Made by a program: the position numbers and the translations under genes. A stretch of DNA of 63,844 nt, the filler included, from Reticulomyxa filosa (Eukaryota > Protista > Foraminifera), in assembly GCA_000512085.1 (NCBI GenBank). It is 19 parts of 19 records of this genome, joined end to end, with 100 filler letters (N's around TTAATTAATTAA, not from the genome) between each part and the next. Parts side by side here need not be neighbours in the genome. Positions count along the whole stretch, not along the records: positions 6,376 to 14,722 come from ASPP01010453.1; positions 14,823 to 16,436 come from ASPP01006194.1; positions 16,537 to 21,152 come from ASPP01020317.1; positions 21,253 to 25,118 come from ASPP01004705.1; positions 25,219 to 26,262 come from ASPP01041138.1; positions 26,363 to 29,160 come from ASPP01022467.1; 13 more parts are not named here. One strand, written 5' to 3'. Below are positions 14,174 to 26,989 of this stretch, in pieces. A model generated the notes under the pieces. It saw only the letters and a program-made list of their open reading frames with translations. It had not been told where the DNA came from and searched no databases. The number at the start of each line of letters is the position of its first letter. Position 1 is the stretch's first letter.

Positions 14174-14681
14174 ATGTCTTTTCACGTTTCGAAATTGAGA
14201 CAAAACAATCTTGTTGCTGTCCCCTGCATAAGTTTTTCCATGCACATTGTGAAAAAAAAGCCTGTTTATTCCAACACTATTGGACTAGTGACAAGTACAG
14301 TCGTGTCACGTAGTCTAACAACTAAAGCCAAATGCCTAAATATAAATTCCAAGACCTATTCAGTTCCGCAATCAAACAGTAAGCCCTTGCTAGGAATATC
14401 GATTGACGGTTGCGATATGTCAGTTGAGAAATAAAAAAAAAAAATAGCATTTCAAAAAAAAAAAAAAAAGAGGTGTAATGACAAGAATAGCATATTCGAA
14501 CAGCGATGGAAAAGCGTAAAATGGAGTTTGTGAAAGGTATGTTAGAAGGAGTAGATAAGACGGCACATTGGCATTCGAAGGGATTGATGGAGCCAGTCAG
14601 TTCGGTGTTTCCGACGACGACCAGAGCGAATCAAATTTCGATAAGTACTGGAGAACTTCCATCTTATCACACAGTTATTGG
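14174..14681 (+). CDS. Phosphonoacetate hydrolase (PhnA)-like alkaline-phosphatase-superfamily enzyme, 3'-partial
   Basis: Exon 1 14174-14422 ends LNINSKTYSVP..KPLLGISIDGCDMS; GT-AG intron 14423-14490; exon 2 HIRTAMEKRKMEFVKGML..SVFPTTTRANQISISTGELPSYHTVIG. This gives the metal-binding IDG and the Thr-nucleophile P-x-x-T..N..SI.TG..P..H motif. Contig ends in the next intron. Confidence 0.8.
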
Positions 14682-15013
14682 GTAATTCAACCTATCAAAC
14701 AAACAAATAACAAAAAAAAAAANNNNNNNNNNNNNNNNNNNNNNNNNNNNNNNNNNNNNNNNNNNNTTAATTAATTAANNNNNNNNNNNNNNNNNNNNNN
14801 NNNNNNNNNNNNNNNNNNNNNNATAAATATATAAATATATAAATACATATACGTATATCCATGTTCATGTACGTTTCATATGTGACAAAGGAAGGGATAC
14901 AATTTTAATGATCGAAATAACAAAACTAATATAAAACACTATACGATATACGTAATCTGAGTTTTCCTTGTTTATATATACATATATATATATATATATG
15001 TGTATATATATAG

Positions 15014-16436
15014 TCCCGCCAATGGGGAAACTCCGGGTAAAGTTTGTAGTAGGAGACAAGTCATTGACACTGAAGCGATGTCCACCAAACACGCTACCGT
15101 TTGCGAATGTGAATGGACTAAATCTATTCCGCAGTTTGAGCGTTGGATGTTTGCTGGCGCTGTTCCAAGCGCTGCTGTTAGAGCAGAAGCTGGTGTTTGT
15201 GTCGAGTCACTCGATGCTGCTGCTGGAGGCGGCGGAGACGATCGCGACATTGATCTTCCCATTCCAATACCAAGGCGTGTACATGCCCATCTTGCCTCTG
15301 CAGTTGATCGACTTCCTGTCGTCGCCGGTGCCGTTCATGGCAGGGGTGCAGCCGCACTGGCTAAGCGGAGTGACGTTGGAAGACGTCGTGGTAGTGTATC
15401 TGGACGAGAACCGAGTGATGGGACCGCCAAACCTGGCACCGTTGCCGCCAAGAGCGGCCGAGAAGTTGGAGCGCGTCATCGCGGCGTTGCCATGGATGAG
15501 TTCATCTCCAGAGCGTTCCAACAAAAGCAAGACACGTCCATTGAAGCGCATTAAGATTGGCAAGTTGGGATCATTGACTAGCGACGACAAGGACAAAGAT
15601 GATGATGACGACAACAACAACAACAACAATTATTCAACAGGAATAATGTCCTCCTCCTCATCATCGTCGTCGTCGTTGTCATCATCGTCTGGACTTGTGT
15701 CATTGAATATCAATTCCAAAGATAAAGACAAAGACAAAGATATGGACAACAGCAACTACAATTTGAACGGCAAGTTCGACGCAGTGTCGAAGAAGATCGA
15801 TACGTCGATTGTGGAACTACTGCCGATTTCGCAGTTTTTAACAAGTGGGACGACGGTGGAGAATGACCACAAGTCGTCTGTCGATGGCGTCGAGACATTG
15901 GAGGAGGAGTTGTTCCGCCAGCTGCAACACGGGTATTTGAAGTTCTTCACGTCCATCTTGCAAGATTACAACAAGTACTTTGAGGAAAACACCAAAACTC
16001 AAATGTTCGAATTCAATCGCAAACACTTTTTAGACGAAACCACTGACAAGTCGTCACGTCCATTCATGGAGTGTCTCACCAACACTCAAATGTTCCACTC
16101 GTTTGTCCAAGAGCGTTGCGAGTACTTGGAAGACCAGACGAAGCGCGGCATCAATGCAAACGAAAAGCCCAGCAATATCAAGTATTTTGACGAGGAGTTG
16201 ATTGCGAAAAAAAATCGCGGCGCATTTGCGCACAAACATCCCACCCCGTTTCTGGATGATCGAAGCATGGACATTGTGGGCGTGTTCGTGGCCAATCCTC
16301 CCAATCGAAACAACCTGGATAACATGCAGTATTCGTATCAGTCCTTCCCAAATCTCAAAATGGAACGCTACGGCAAAATTTCAAAAGTGGTTCCGGATTG
16401 GGATATTTCTCCGTTGAATAGACAGAAGCCAACCGG
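15014..16436 (+). CDS. DENN domain protein (Rab GEF), partial at both ends
   Basis: cDENN: ALLLEQKLVFVS..LIFPFQYQGVYMPILP..DFLSSPVPFMAGV. dDENN: FTSILQDY..F..TQMFHSFVQER. Confidence 0.92.
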
Positions 16437-16536
16437 NNNNNNNNNNNNNNNNNNNNNNNNNNNNNNNNNNNNNNNNNNNNTTAATTAATTAANNNNNNNN
16501 NNNNNNNNNNNNNNNNNNNNNNNNNNNNNNNNNNNN

Positions 16537-17168
16537 ACAACCACAATAGCAGCAACAATGATGCAACTCCCACATTACACCCACTGCATCGTCGTCGTCG
16601 TCGTCGTCGTCGTTATCGTGGCATTCCTAAAGAGGAAGCGCTGGCATTTGTCGACTTTTTGCAATCGCATTGGCGAAAACTGGAATTTTTGGAGGAAGAA
16701 TGTCCATTCCATGTGTTTGCACGTGAGTCCAAAGTACTTAAAACTTACAACCCTTCTCGCATTTCTTTCAATGCCGACGATAGCGATTATAATCCCAATG
16801 AGAGAGACCTTTCTCCGGCAAGTCGCTCTTATAGCAGCCATTCTCGAGATTCTAATATGGGAACGCTTCATCTTCGTGACTCAAGTCCAAGCAGTAGATC
16901 TCGTAGTCGAAATCGCTTTCGTGATTATTCTCTTCGTCATCCTCGCTCTCCTCCTAACGCTTCCCTTTCTCCTCCTCTTCATCCTCCTATTGTCAAGTCC
17001 AAGTCCAATCCTCGAACTCCCCTTACGAGCACACCTCCGGTCTCTGTGCCAAGGCGTTCTCGCAGTCCTCGTGTTCACTCTTATTCTCGTTCTCGTTCCC
17101 GCTCTCGTTCACGTCCTCGTCGACGTCGACCGTCGCGCTCGCCCTCACGCTCGCGCTGGCTCTCATGA
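16537..17168 (+). CDS. C-terminal part of an RS-domain (Arg/Ser-rich) protein, 5'-partial
   Basis: Frame open from contig start; ends with SRSRSRSRSRPRRRRPSRSPSRSR. Confidence 0.65.
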
Positions 17169-17640
17169 CTAATCCTTTTCTTTTTCTTTATCACTTCCAC
17201 AAATACAGTCACGCACTTTTGGATGTCTATATAACCAAGAACAAAACCAACCCCTTATTCATAACAAATTTTCTCATATTGCGAGAAAAATCACATTTCT
17301 TTTTTCAACATTTATAATACTATTGTCTAAAGTACAACTTTCATGCAGAACAATTCTCATCACTTTTTCTAATTACTCTTTTATATGTCCCTTTTTGAGT
17401 CTGAGTCCTTAGGTTAGATTCGCTCAATGTTAAAAAAAACCATCTTTTTTTGAAAATGTTGACGTTCACTGCAGTGAGGTGTCAGAGAAATAAGATTTGC
17501 ATTTTTTTTTAAAATAGACAATATTCAAAATTGATAAATAAGATTTTCCCAACCAAAAAACAAACCCTCCTTTTCACAACAAAACAAAAACAATGTCACT
17601 TGGGGCACTTCATAAAAATGCCACATTTGCACCAAACAGT

Positions 17641-18270
17641 TTAATTGAGGTCCATCATTTCGTTGTCGTAGTCATTTGCCAAGTTCATCAAGTCCTCAGC
17701 TTCTTCCATTTGGTCTTTTTCTGCGTTGCAAGTGTAGTCCTTTTCCGGAGCATAGTCACTGTCATCCTCACTGTCCAAGTCCATTTTTTTAATATTCGGG
17801 TTTTTATTTTCGGTGTCACCGGCGTTTTCTGGCTCGATACTTGGCAAATTGGAAGTTAAAAATTTACTCAAGTTTTCTCTTTCTTCTCGTGTTGGTTCTC
17901 TTTTGTAAAGTGAGCGAAAACGTTGAATTGCTTTTTCCAACAACTATTATTCATTTTTTTTAATTATTTTTAAAATTCGTTTCTAGGTTTTTTTTGTGTT
18001 TTCGGATTTTTATTAACTTTTTTGTCCAATGAACTGCCGTTGCTACGGTTTTGTGTTTTTGATGATTTGACTGGAGAAAAAAATTTGACTGATTTTTTTT
18101 CTCCAGCTGGACTTGATTTTGATGCTCCTCCACTTGATTTTTGGGTAAACGTTACATCCTTATCTTGCATATCAACAAAACAATCCGATCCTCCAGCGTT
18201 GTCGGCATCTTGTGTATTGAAGTAGTACTATCGTAAACAGCCAAAGCAACAAACCATAAACATATTCTTC
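17641..18270 (-). CDS. Hypothetical acidic protein, multi-exon
   Basis: ORFs 17970-18170 and 17641-17943 separated by an AT-rich intron-like gap. 5' end uncertain. Confidence 0.55.
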
Positions 18271-20235
18271 ATCAGAATAAGCAAATTATCAACTAATCAA
18301 AAACGCTTGTCAACAGGCCGTTTTTTTTGGAAACAGAGGTTAAAATAAGAAAAGGGTTTAATACCAAGTCGTTAGTGAAATGAAAGAATGAAGACATTAT
18401 CTTTCGGATAAGGAATAAGTAAGCGATTGACCGCACAAAATACAACAAGTGACAATAAAAACAGTGTACTAATTAAATAAAAAAATTCCCCCGTTCGCCA
18501 ACTCAAGTTAACCTCTTGAGTTACTAAAACTACGTTTATATTCGCAGTATTGAATAAAAAGCATTTGTAAGCAAAAAACGAAGTTATTGGTTAGTATTGC
18601 CCAGGAGTGAACAAAAGTAAAGTATTCATTGAGATACAAAAAAGATTTTTCAAAAAGTGTAATTGAAAGCTCAAAAACATTCTCTCATTTAATGAAAAAC
18701 GAGCTCAAGTGAGTAGATAATGCAAAAAACTTTCAATGACAAAGTTTAAGTGAATTGTCTTTCGTTACAAAATTTGATCGGCGGTCACCACACAAAAAAG
18801 CAATAAAAAATAAACAAAAAAAATGACTGATCCTTTATACGCACACATACGCTACAGAAAAAAAAGAGGAAAGTGTTTCACAAGCACGAAAGTACAACAA
18901 GACGTTAGTGTTAACTGTTTGTTCAAGTTCAAAGCGGTATCGTCAAATCTGCAATAAAATGAACATGCTTATCATTTACATTTTTATTTGCTGTTTCATT
19001 GAATATTCACAATCACTATCACAATGTCAATGTCGAAACAATCTGAAGATTTACCTTGATTTGGCCTTTGACTGATTCGAATTTGTCATAGATGTCAAAG
19101 CAATAATTCATCAACTATATTTAAAAAAGATTGATTTTGTTTATTAATTTGATTTATGCATTAAATGAAAAAAAAATTATTTTCTAATTTATTAATTTTG
19201 AAATTTGTTGTAGTACTCTTTATTATAGATTTGAAAACAATTGATGAAATAATGTTCAACAATTGAATCAAATTTTAAATATTTTTAAAAATGAATAGTC
19301 TTGTATGTACAAGCTTTAACAAAGCTTAATATCAATCTACAGTTTGATTCTTCAATTGATGTGAAGTTCAATTTCCCTTTTGGAAGAAGGAAGAACGGTC
19401 GCAGTCTGTAACTGTAATATATAAACTTTTACTGTTACGGTCAAAATATTGTATTTATTTCTTTAGATATTCTAATAGAACATGAAATCAATGACTGCAA
19501 CTTCTAATATAACAATAGCATATTCAAGTCAATTTCTTTTGAACGTATAATATTTTAGTACTTGAAAGATTCGAACATTGTTGATGCTTTAAAATATGAT
19601 ATAAACACTGCACAACAATAAGAAAACAATTATGTAAACAAAAACAAAAAATTTCAAAGAACCAGTACAAGAAGAAGCTATTCTTGAGTATTTAAAAAAA
19701 AAGATTGTAAATTTAAATTTTTGTCATGTCCAAAAATTAATTGGAAAATCAATTATTTGATTGTGGCATATTCAATTAGTGCAATTTTATGAAGTTGGTA
19801 TAGCTCCTACGAATTTGCTTTAACATGAACAAATATCATTCATAATTATTTCAGTGGAATCAAATTATCAGCATAAGTCAATGGATAGTTGTTACTTTTG
19901 TTGGCAACACATATATAATTTTGCAGAGTATTGTCAAAAAACAAGCAATCTAAAAACAGATTCAAGTGTTTTATTTTGACGTATTTTGCAAACGCAGCAC
20001 AATTTTGTTAAAATAGATTGAAGCACAAGCGAAGGCAAGTATAACCTTTGATCCTAGATTTAAAAAGAAAATACATCCTTGGCTTTACACTTTTTTGTGT
20101 GTACAATGGCTATATTACACAAAAAGTAAGAGGTAGTTGCGTGTGCGTACGAAAGGAAGGCGGCAGGACATGTGTCATTCAAAGTCAACAACAAAAAAAA
20201 AAAGGAGGGAGGAGAGAAGAAAATGAAGCGTTAAT

Positions 20236-20754
20236 TTAACAAATATAAGGATAGTCCCATTCAAGATTAAGTGCCAAGGTCATATTTTTGATGAACAAAC
20301 AAATGGTGGGATGAGAAGTCAAGAGTGCTTCTCGTTGTAATTCCACAGCGTTTTTGGTGAAAGTGACGTGTCGACGGGTTCTTTCACTTTCAGTTCCATT
20401 TTTACTCCGACCATATCCCGCAAAGCGATGATAGCGACTATATTCTCTGCGATAGTTGACTCTTCGCTGTGCAAGGTTGGAGATCCGTCTTCGGTTGGTA
20501 TTAGCCTCCGAATCTGTTTCTGCATATGACTCCGTGTCCGTATCAGACTCTGTTTCTGCATCGGACTCCGAATCGGGATCCAACATCGATAATGTGAAGT
20601 GTTGAGTTTCGGAGCCAGTGTTATTCGTATTGGAGTCATCTGTGTTGTGATGTTGGAGATTTGTGATATCGTGATTACGCCATTTCTGGATCAATCGCTT
20701 CCTTTCTTCGGCAATGTCCAGAATGGGTTTATCTGTAAACTCGAAAGAGCTGTT

Positions 20755-20796
<42 letters not shown>

Positions 20797-21152
20797 ATGA
20801 TTATTTTTGCGTTGCCACAAGTCAAACATAGCCAAAACGCGACGATTGATGAGAATCGTCCACAATGTTTAAAATGTCTGCCAGCACGTTGATCGTGTGT
20901 TCAAACGTGTCGGAGTTGGTGGTGAAGTTGTGCATGTACAGCTCGAAGCCAAAGCCCATATGTGCTTGGTGTGCACGCGCGGTGTATACGTGGCTAGTAT
21001 ACGTATCCGGAAATTCGCAATTCACGTAACGTATAAACTCGGCGAGGAGTCCATTTGGAATGGCATCAACATGATCTTGTTGACTGTCGGAGTCATGATC
21101 TGTGTTACGAATATCACGACTACGATAAGAAGAAGAAGAGAAATCGGAATTG
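20236..21152 (-). CDS. Hypothetical protein, 5'-partial
   Basis: Open frame from contig end (..GLLAEFIRYVNCEFP..) plus ORF 20236-20865 with an acidic DSESDAETES tract, joined across an (AAC)n microsatellite. Confidence 0.55.
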
Positions 21153-21429
21153 NNNNNNNNNNNNNNNNNNNNNNNNNNNNNNNNNNNNNNNNNNNNTTAA
21201 TTAATTAANNNNNNNNNNNNNNNNNNNNNNNNNNNNNNNNNNNNNNNNNNNNTGACTAATAGGGTAGACAGTATGACTAATAGGGAGACAGTATGAAAAT
21301 GTGTTAGAGCCACTCAACGAGAATTCTGCATTGAAGCAATAGCTCACGCAAAAACAACAGGTTGCTCTCAATTCTAATGATTAACAGGTAGTTTTACATG
21401 ATGAACATAACAAAACACAAGTATAATAT

Positions 21430-22140
21430 AACATCACATCATTTCAACAAAGGACACTTTCAAACGAACTTGAAGAATTGAAAAAAGAAACATGTGACAA
21501 AGAAAAAAAAATTTTAAAAGAGTATGTGGTATATAAGAAAAAAAGGAAAATGATAATAATGACTTGTCAAAGTCCAAAAACAATGAATCAGATTGCGATA
21601 TTTTCCACTCGTCATCTAAATTACTCAACACTTTCAATGGACATACTGATATCGTGCTTCAGTATTTATTGTTCGATACTCGACAACGGTCAGTTTATTT
21701 GCTCTGGATCAATTGATAAAGCAATTCTATGGAATATGGATATTACTCAGAGGTTCAAGCATTCGATGGGCATTCAGGCTATGTGAATTGTGTAAAATTT
21801 TCACCTTATCACTATCAATATTATCATCGTAATGTCATTTGCTCTTCATCCGAAGATGGCAGAGCATTCCAAATATTCAATGGACATATCAGTCATATTT
21901 TTTCACATTGCATTTTCAAAATTTTATTGTGGTCGATATTTGTGATTTGGATCAGGTCAAGACTATCGTTTGTGGTGTTGAAACGTCTAAATCATTATAT
22001 GTTTTAATGGACGTACAAATTGGGTTTTGTGCTTGGATTTTTTCACATGTGCAAAGCAATTACAACTATGATTATAGAAGCAATTGTATTTATGTGATTG
22101 GTGGTATGTGATAGCATTTATTCTGGATCAATTGATGAAA
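21430..22140 (+). pseudogene. Coiled-coil + WD40 family pseudogene
   Basis: DIFHSSSKLLNTFNGHTD, FICSGS, GHSGYVNCVKFSPYHY..RNVICSSSED and ETSKSL match the intact gene at 49829-51203, with many frameshifts and deletions. Confidence 0.85.
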
Positions 22141-22953
22141 TCCTGTCTAAAAAAAAATCGAAAAAGCAGTCCCCAAAGATACACTCGTAAGCCTTTTGTG
22201 ATATCTGTTTTTCTGGTCGTGTTTCATTTAACCAATTAAACTGTGCAGACAAAACGTTTGGAAGCATAGCTCGGCTTCTTTAAACCACAAAAGTTAAAGG
22301 AAAAAATTGAGAATAGGAGCTAAAGTCTACGCTTGACTAAAAACATCTATCAAAACAAATAATTTCTCAAATAAGCAAATTGGTTCGCTAAAAAATGGGT
22401 AAACAAGAACAGAAATATGAAAAAAATCTATGATATACGAACAGTCCATCAAACAAAAAATCAAAAATAAATAAAATAAGTTTCTTAAACAAAGATGAGC
22501 AAAGCACGTTTGTCCAGTTTTTTTTTAAACTAATCACATGTTATAGTTAAGAGTGAGTTGTAGACACTTGTAAAACATGGGTGCATTATTGCTCTAGACC
22601 ACCAGTAGATGTTTTTCAAAGCAGCACATTAGAAATGTATTGACAAATAAACTGTTTTTCAAAGTAAATTAATAAATTGCAGAAGAACACTTGCAAAGTG
22701 TAATCTTTTTTTTTTAAGCAATTGTTTGCTGTTAAAAATGGCAAGCATCACTTATGATTTTGAAGTTTGTATTCTTTCCTTTCTCTTTTTACTGGACACT
22801 GGAACAGTTGCAGAACACTTCACAAGCTAAAGTGGTGGTTTCAGTAGTTTTTTTTTAGACAATTGTTGGGGATTACCAAGTTTTTATAGAATCAGGTACA
22901 GCTGTTGAACATTTAAGAAGCGTCCTTAGACAGTCCACACGAGGACATCGGAT

Positions 22954-24086
22954 ATGTACCCCTCACTGAGTCAAAAATTGCACACACTCTCACCTATCTT
23001 AGAGACAGCCCCGTCTACACTCGCTCCTACTCCAAGTTTTGACGGCTGTGTTAACGAAGCAGTGCAATTATTTGCGACATTTGCGTCCTTCCAGTACCAC
23101 GACTGTGGCGAGACAGCAGAATTGGACTCGCCATTGCTCGCACAAGCGAGTGTCCCCACCTTCAATCTTCTTGATCATTTTAGCGGAGAAAAGTGGTACA
23201 AACTTTTTTTTTTTTAGACCCCCCCCTCATTTCTCTGTCTTTGTTTTTTTTCTAATTAGGTTTGTGTTATTTCTTTCCCTTCCCTTCCCTCCCCTCCTCC
23301 CTCAAATCCATTATAAGGCCACCGCTTCAGTCTCCATTACCCTGTCACTCTACCTTGCGTCCATGTGCAGAGGCCAATGCAAGGACATTGTACACGACTC
23401 CCATTGTAGATTGCTCTGCAATATCCATTTCCATGGCGACGAATGCATACGCGTCTTGTGTTATCACGCCCGTCGCAGACGACAGCAAAAGATCTGCGTT
23501 GCGCACGAGCCAACCCGTTGCAATGCAGAGAAGGTCTATTTTTATTGACACTGAGCAAGAGCAAATGCCGACACAGTTTGGAGCTTTTTTTTTTTTGTAA
23601 ACATCTTCGAATAAATTGGATAAAAAAAAAAAAAAAAAAAAACTTTTTTTTTTTTTTAAAATTAAAAATACCCGTGCTCCCCCTCCCCCCCCCCCTTCTT
23701 TCCTTTCTTTTAAAAAAAAAAAAATATATATATGTAGATGTAAACAAAGTAACTGTACACCACATCCTTTGCTAGAAATTACAAAAGCAAAATGCGAGTT
23801 AGGAAAACGGGACGGGTGTCAATCCGACGCAAGGCGAAGGAACGCGAAGCATAGCAATGCGAGGACTGGTGATAGTGTCGACGATAGTGAGAATGATGTT
23901 CGTGTGGACAAGAAAGCACATGTGTTCAACACAGCCTCCCAATTCATGTCAAACACTACAAGCAAAAGCGGCAATAGCAAAAACAATACCCAGCTTCCTT
24001 CCGTTCACTCTTTGCACATTTTTGTGCCGCCGTCCAAGTCCGACAACAGACATCATCACAGCTACATTCCTCCTAACTCGCAATAA
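22954..24086 (+). CDS. Hypothetical low-complexity protein, three exons
   Basis: Three GC-richer blocks (22954-23192, about 23318-23575, about 23777-24086) separated by T/A-homopolymer introns. Confidence 0.5.
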
Positions 24087-24743
24087 TAAACAAGCAAACA
24101 ATATTGACTCTTTTTTTTCTCTTATCTCCATCTCGCTTCGCCATTAGGTTGGATTTTTTTATATTTTTTTTTTTTTTTGGTTTTTGTTATTTTTTTTTTT
24201 TTTAGTTAGGTACTTCGAAATGAAGAACTACTAACTCAAAATCCCCTGGTGTTGTTTTTTTCTGTGTTGTGTTTAATTTTTTGCCTAGTCAAATGTGAAA
24301 TATTTGTTGTTTGGTATTTTGGGTTCGTTTGCTCTGTTCAAGTATATTATTGTGAGTTTTTTTTTGTGTCCTCTTATGTATTCACAATGCTCTTATCTAC
24401 GAATAGTCCTCTCCCAAATCCAACTTTTTTTATTTTTATTGTGAATCAACGGTACCTGCGTTTTTTTTTTTTTTTATCCTTTTTTTTATTTTTTTTTATA
24501 TGAAAAAAAAAAAATCAAGCAAAACAAACAAAAAATACTTTAAAATTTAAAAATAAAAAATTTCTTTGAAAATCGCAAGCATTACAACATTTTTCAAACT
24601 ACTTCATTATTAAACTCAAACAAAAACAAAACAAATTAATTAAAATCGACACAGCCAACTAACTTTGTGTGGATTGTTTGTTGATTATTCTTCGTAACAC
24701 AAAAATTGAAAATAAAAAAAAATAGAAGTAAAAAATAATAAAA

Positions 24744-25075
24744 TTAAAACTCAAATATTTCCGAGTGACAATCAACTCGGTATTTTGCGGTAAATTTACG
24801 GACGTCGTCGATCATGGACCGAGGCCCGCAACATAGCACAGCACACTTGCAAGCGCAGGTCTCTTCGTCGGAATGGTTGTGTGCAATGTCCTTGATTAAG
24901 CCTTCAATATCAGGTCGTGAGAACTGCAAAAACGGAAACTCGATTGACAGTTCTTGTTGCTCGTCTGCGTTGCACACCCGAGTCAGGTGAAACTTTGATG
25001 TCACCTCTGTTTGTCGTACTTTCCGTCTTCCTTGTGAGATTAGAAATAAGTCAGGAGTAAAATATTTGGGTAACG
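24744..25075 (-). CDS. Ferric reductase / NADPH oxidase family NAD(P)H-binding C-terminus, 5'-partial
   Basis: FHLTR..SRPD..AVLCCGPRSMIDDVR..HSEIFEF*, the canonical NOX/FRE C-terminal motifs. Confidence 0.85.
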
Positions 25076-25754
25076 CGTGCTTTTTTTTTTTTAAAAAAAA
25101 AAAATAAAATAATGTCTTNNNNNNNNNNNNNNNNNNNNNNNNNNNNNNNNNNNNNNNNNNNNTTAATTAATTAANNNNNNNNNNNNNNNNNNNNNNNNNN
25201 NNNNNNNNNNNNNNNNNNAAATTACTGTTAGCTTCGGATAGGACAGCATCGTCATCATTCTTTGCTCGATTGGATTGATCGTATTTTGAAGAGACTTTTT
25301 CTTTGATTTTTGGATGTCCAAATCTTTGATCGATGATCAAGACAAAGGTCAAGAAAAAAACATAGCAAGTCATGTATCTCAATCGGAGTCTTTGATAGAC
25401 ACTGGCTACACATCTTCGTCTGCCGATGTGATATTACTCGTTCGTCTGCAGAAAGCGACCAAAGCATCCGTGAAAGGAGCAGTTGTGTTGGATGGACCAT
25501 TCAAAATGTTTGTCAAGCTTGTCGACAATGATTCGCTGTTTGTTTTTTTGGCTTGACTAAGTTGAGCACTAACACAGCTATGATGACACTGATAAATTTT
25601 GTGTGACACAATCATTTGCAAAATCGCTGATATGCTTATTCGTGTAATGATCTCCTATTGTAACATCATCAACATCAAACAAATGTAAAAACTTAAATTA
25701 TGTGACAAATGTGAAACAAAATGTTTTTTTATAAATAAATATAAAATAGATAAA

Positions 25755-25784
25755 TGCCAAGGCAGGGACTCGAACCCTGATCCC
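25755..25784 (-). other. tRNA 3' fragment (T-arm/B-box plus 3' acceptor strand)
   Basis: Minus strand reads GGGAT-CAGGG-TTCGAGT-CCCTG-CCTTGGC-A: a perfect 5-bp T stem with a 7-nt loop. No matching 5' half upstream. Confidence 0.6.
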
Positions 25785-26084
25785 ACTAGAAAATGCAATA
25801 TGTATTTGCGTGGGGCAGTTACAAGATGTGTAACAAATGCAGTCACATGTTGTGGCGACATGATTTTGCATTTGTTAAGTTACTTGAGGTGGCCCCACAT
25901 GGTCATGTTGCAGCTAATATAGCCACAGGTCATGACGTAATCATTTGGAGCATCCACATGATTTTATTGAAATCAGTGGAACTTACATGAAGTGGTAACT
26001 GCCTGCTATAGCTACCATTCATTAAGTGACCACTTCTCTCAATAGTCACATGAGGTGGCCCCATCTGATTAAAGTTATGCCACC

Positions 26085-26189
26085 CCAACCCTCCAATTAC
26101 CAACCCTTATATCACCAACCCTTCAACCCCCAATTGCCAACCCTTCAACTCCCAATTACCAACCCTTAAATCACCAACCCTCAACCCCC
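26085..26189 (+). repeat. Degenerate telomere-like C-rich tandem repeat
   Basis: Six CCAACCCT units alternating with 7-nt spacers (CCAATTA, TATATCA, TCAACCC, CCAATTG, TCAACTC, TAAATCA). Confidence 0.85.
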
Positions 26190-26989
26190 GGAATCAAATA
26201 AAATAAAATAAAAAAAACAAATAAAAAAGCAAACAAATACTACATCTTTTGTAGTACCCTAANNNNNNNNNNNNNNNNNNNNNNNNNNNNNNNNNNNNNN
26301 NNNNNNTTAATTAATTAANNNNNNNNNNNNNNNNNNNNNNNNNNNNNNNNNNNNNNNNNNNNGAATAATTGAAAGTGGCGAGCTGATGGTTATGGTGATT
26401 ACATACTCAACCTATACTCCAAGTTATAATTTATTTTTTTTTATGTTTTGATTGAAACATGTATGATCAATGCTCACGTATAAAATATAGATCTCTAAAG
26501 AATACAATACCTTTTTATCGAGAAAGTTGCTGTTGTTGCGGTGCCAGTAAGAACAGCGAAACGAAACGCAAACAACGACAAATTAGTGGCATTTTTGATC
26601 GCAAGTGTTTAATACTTGCCCTCGAATGTTTTGACTGAAAAACTTTTGTCTTTGTGTGCGAATTGTAGTTGTTTTGGTATTTTTTTTTAATGTTCTTCTC
26701 CAGCTCATTTGATATCTTGATCAAATTATACTCATCGTAAAAAAAAATTTCTAAACTGTAATATTTTAAATCTAAAAGAGAGGGCATAATACTATGTGAA
26801 ATAATAATTGATTTTTTACCACTATTCCTGGCAAAAAAAAAGATCTCGAGTATAGGAGTAGATGACAAGAAAGAAACAAAAAGATAATAAAGACAATGGC
26901 GAGAAAGAAAAAGAAAAGAACTTGGATTGCAAGCACAATTAATGTAAGAGAACGCGTGTTCGACTTTTTTTTTTTTCCTTTTCAAAGGT

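Noticed and set aside
16610-16700. SRPK kinase C-lobe (EEALAFVDFL)
   Set aside because: The resemblance is short and the following kinase subdomain XI residues are missing.
16558-17172. 204-aa multi-pass membrane protein ORF
   Set aside because: Alternate-frame reading of CGT/TCT-rich RS-repeat codons; the RS frame is more plausible.
21253-21296. Tandem duplication TGACTAATAGGG(T)AGACAGTA
   Set aside because: Two copies at a contig edge; likely a local duplication or assembly artefact.
25755-25860. Complete tRNA gene
   Set aside because: No complementary 5' acceptor strand, D-arm or anticodon arm at the expected distance.
26085-26262. True chromosome telomere
   Set aside because: The repeats are degenerate, there is only one CCCTAA unit, and a C-rich strand running toward the right end is the wrong orientation for a terminus.
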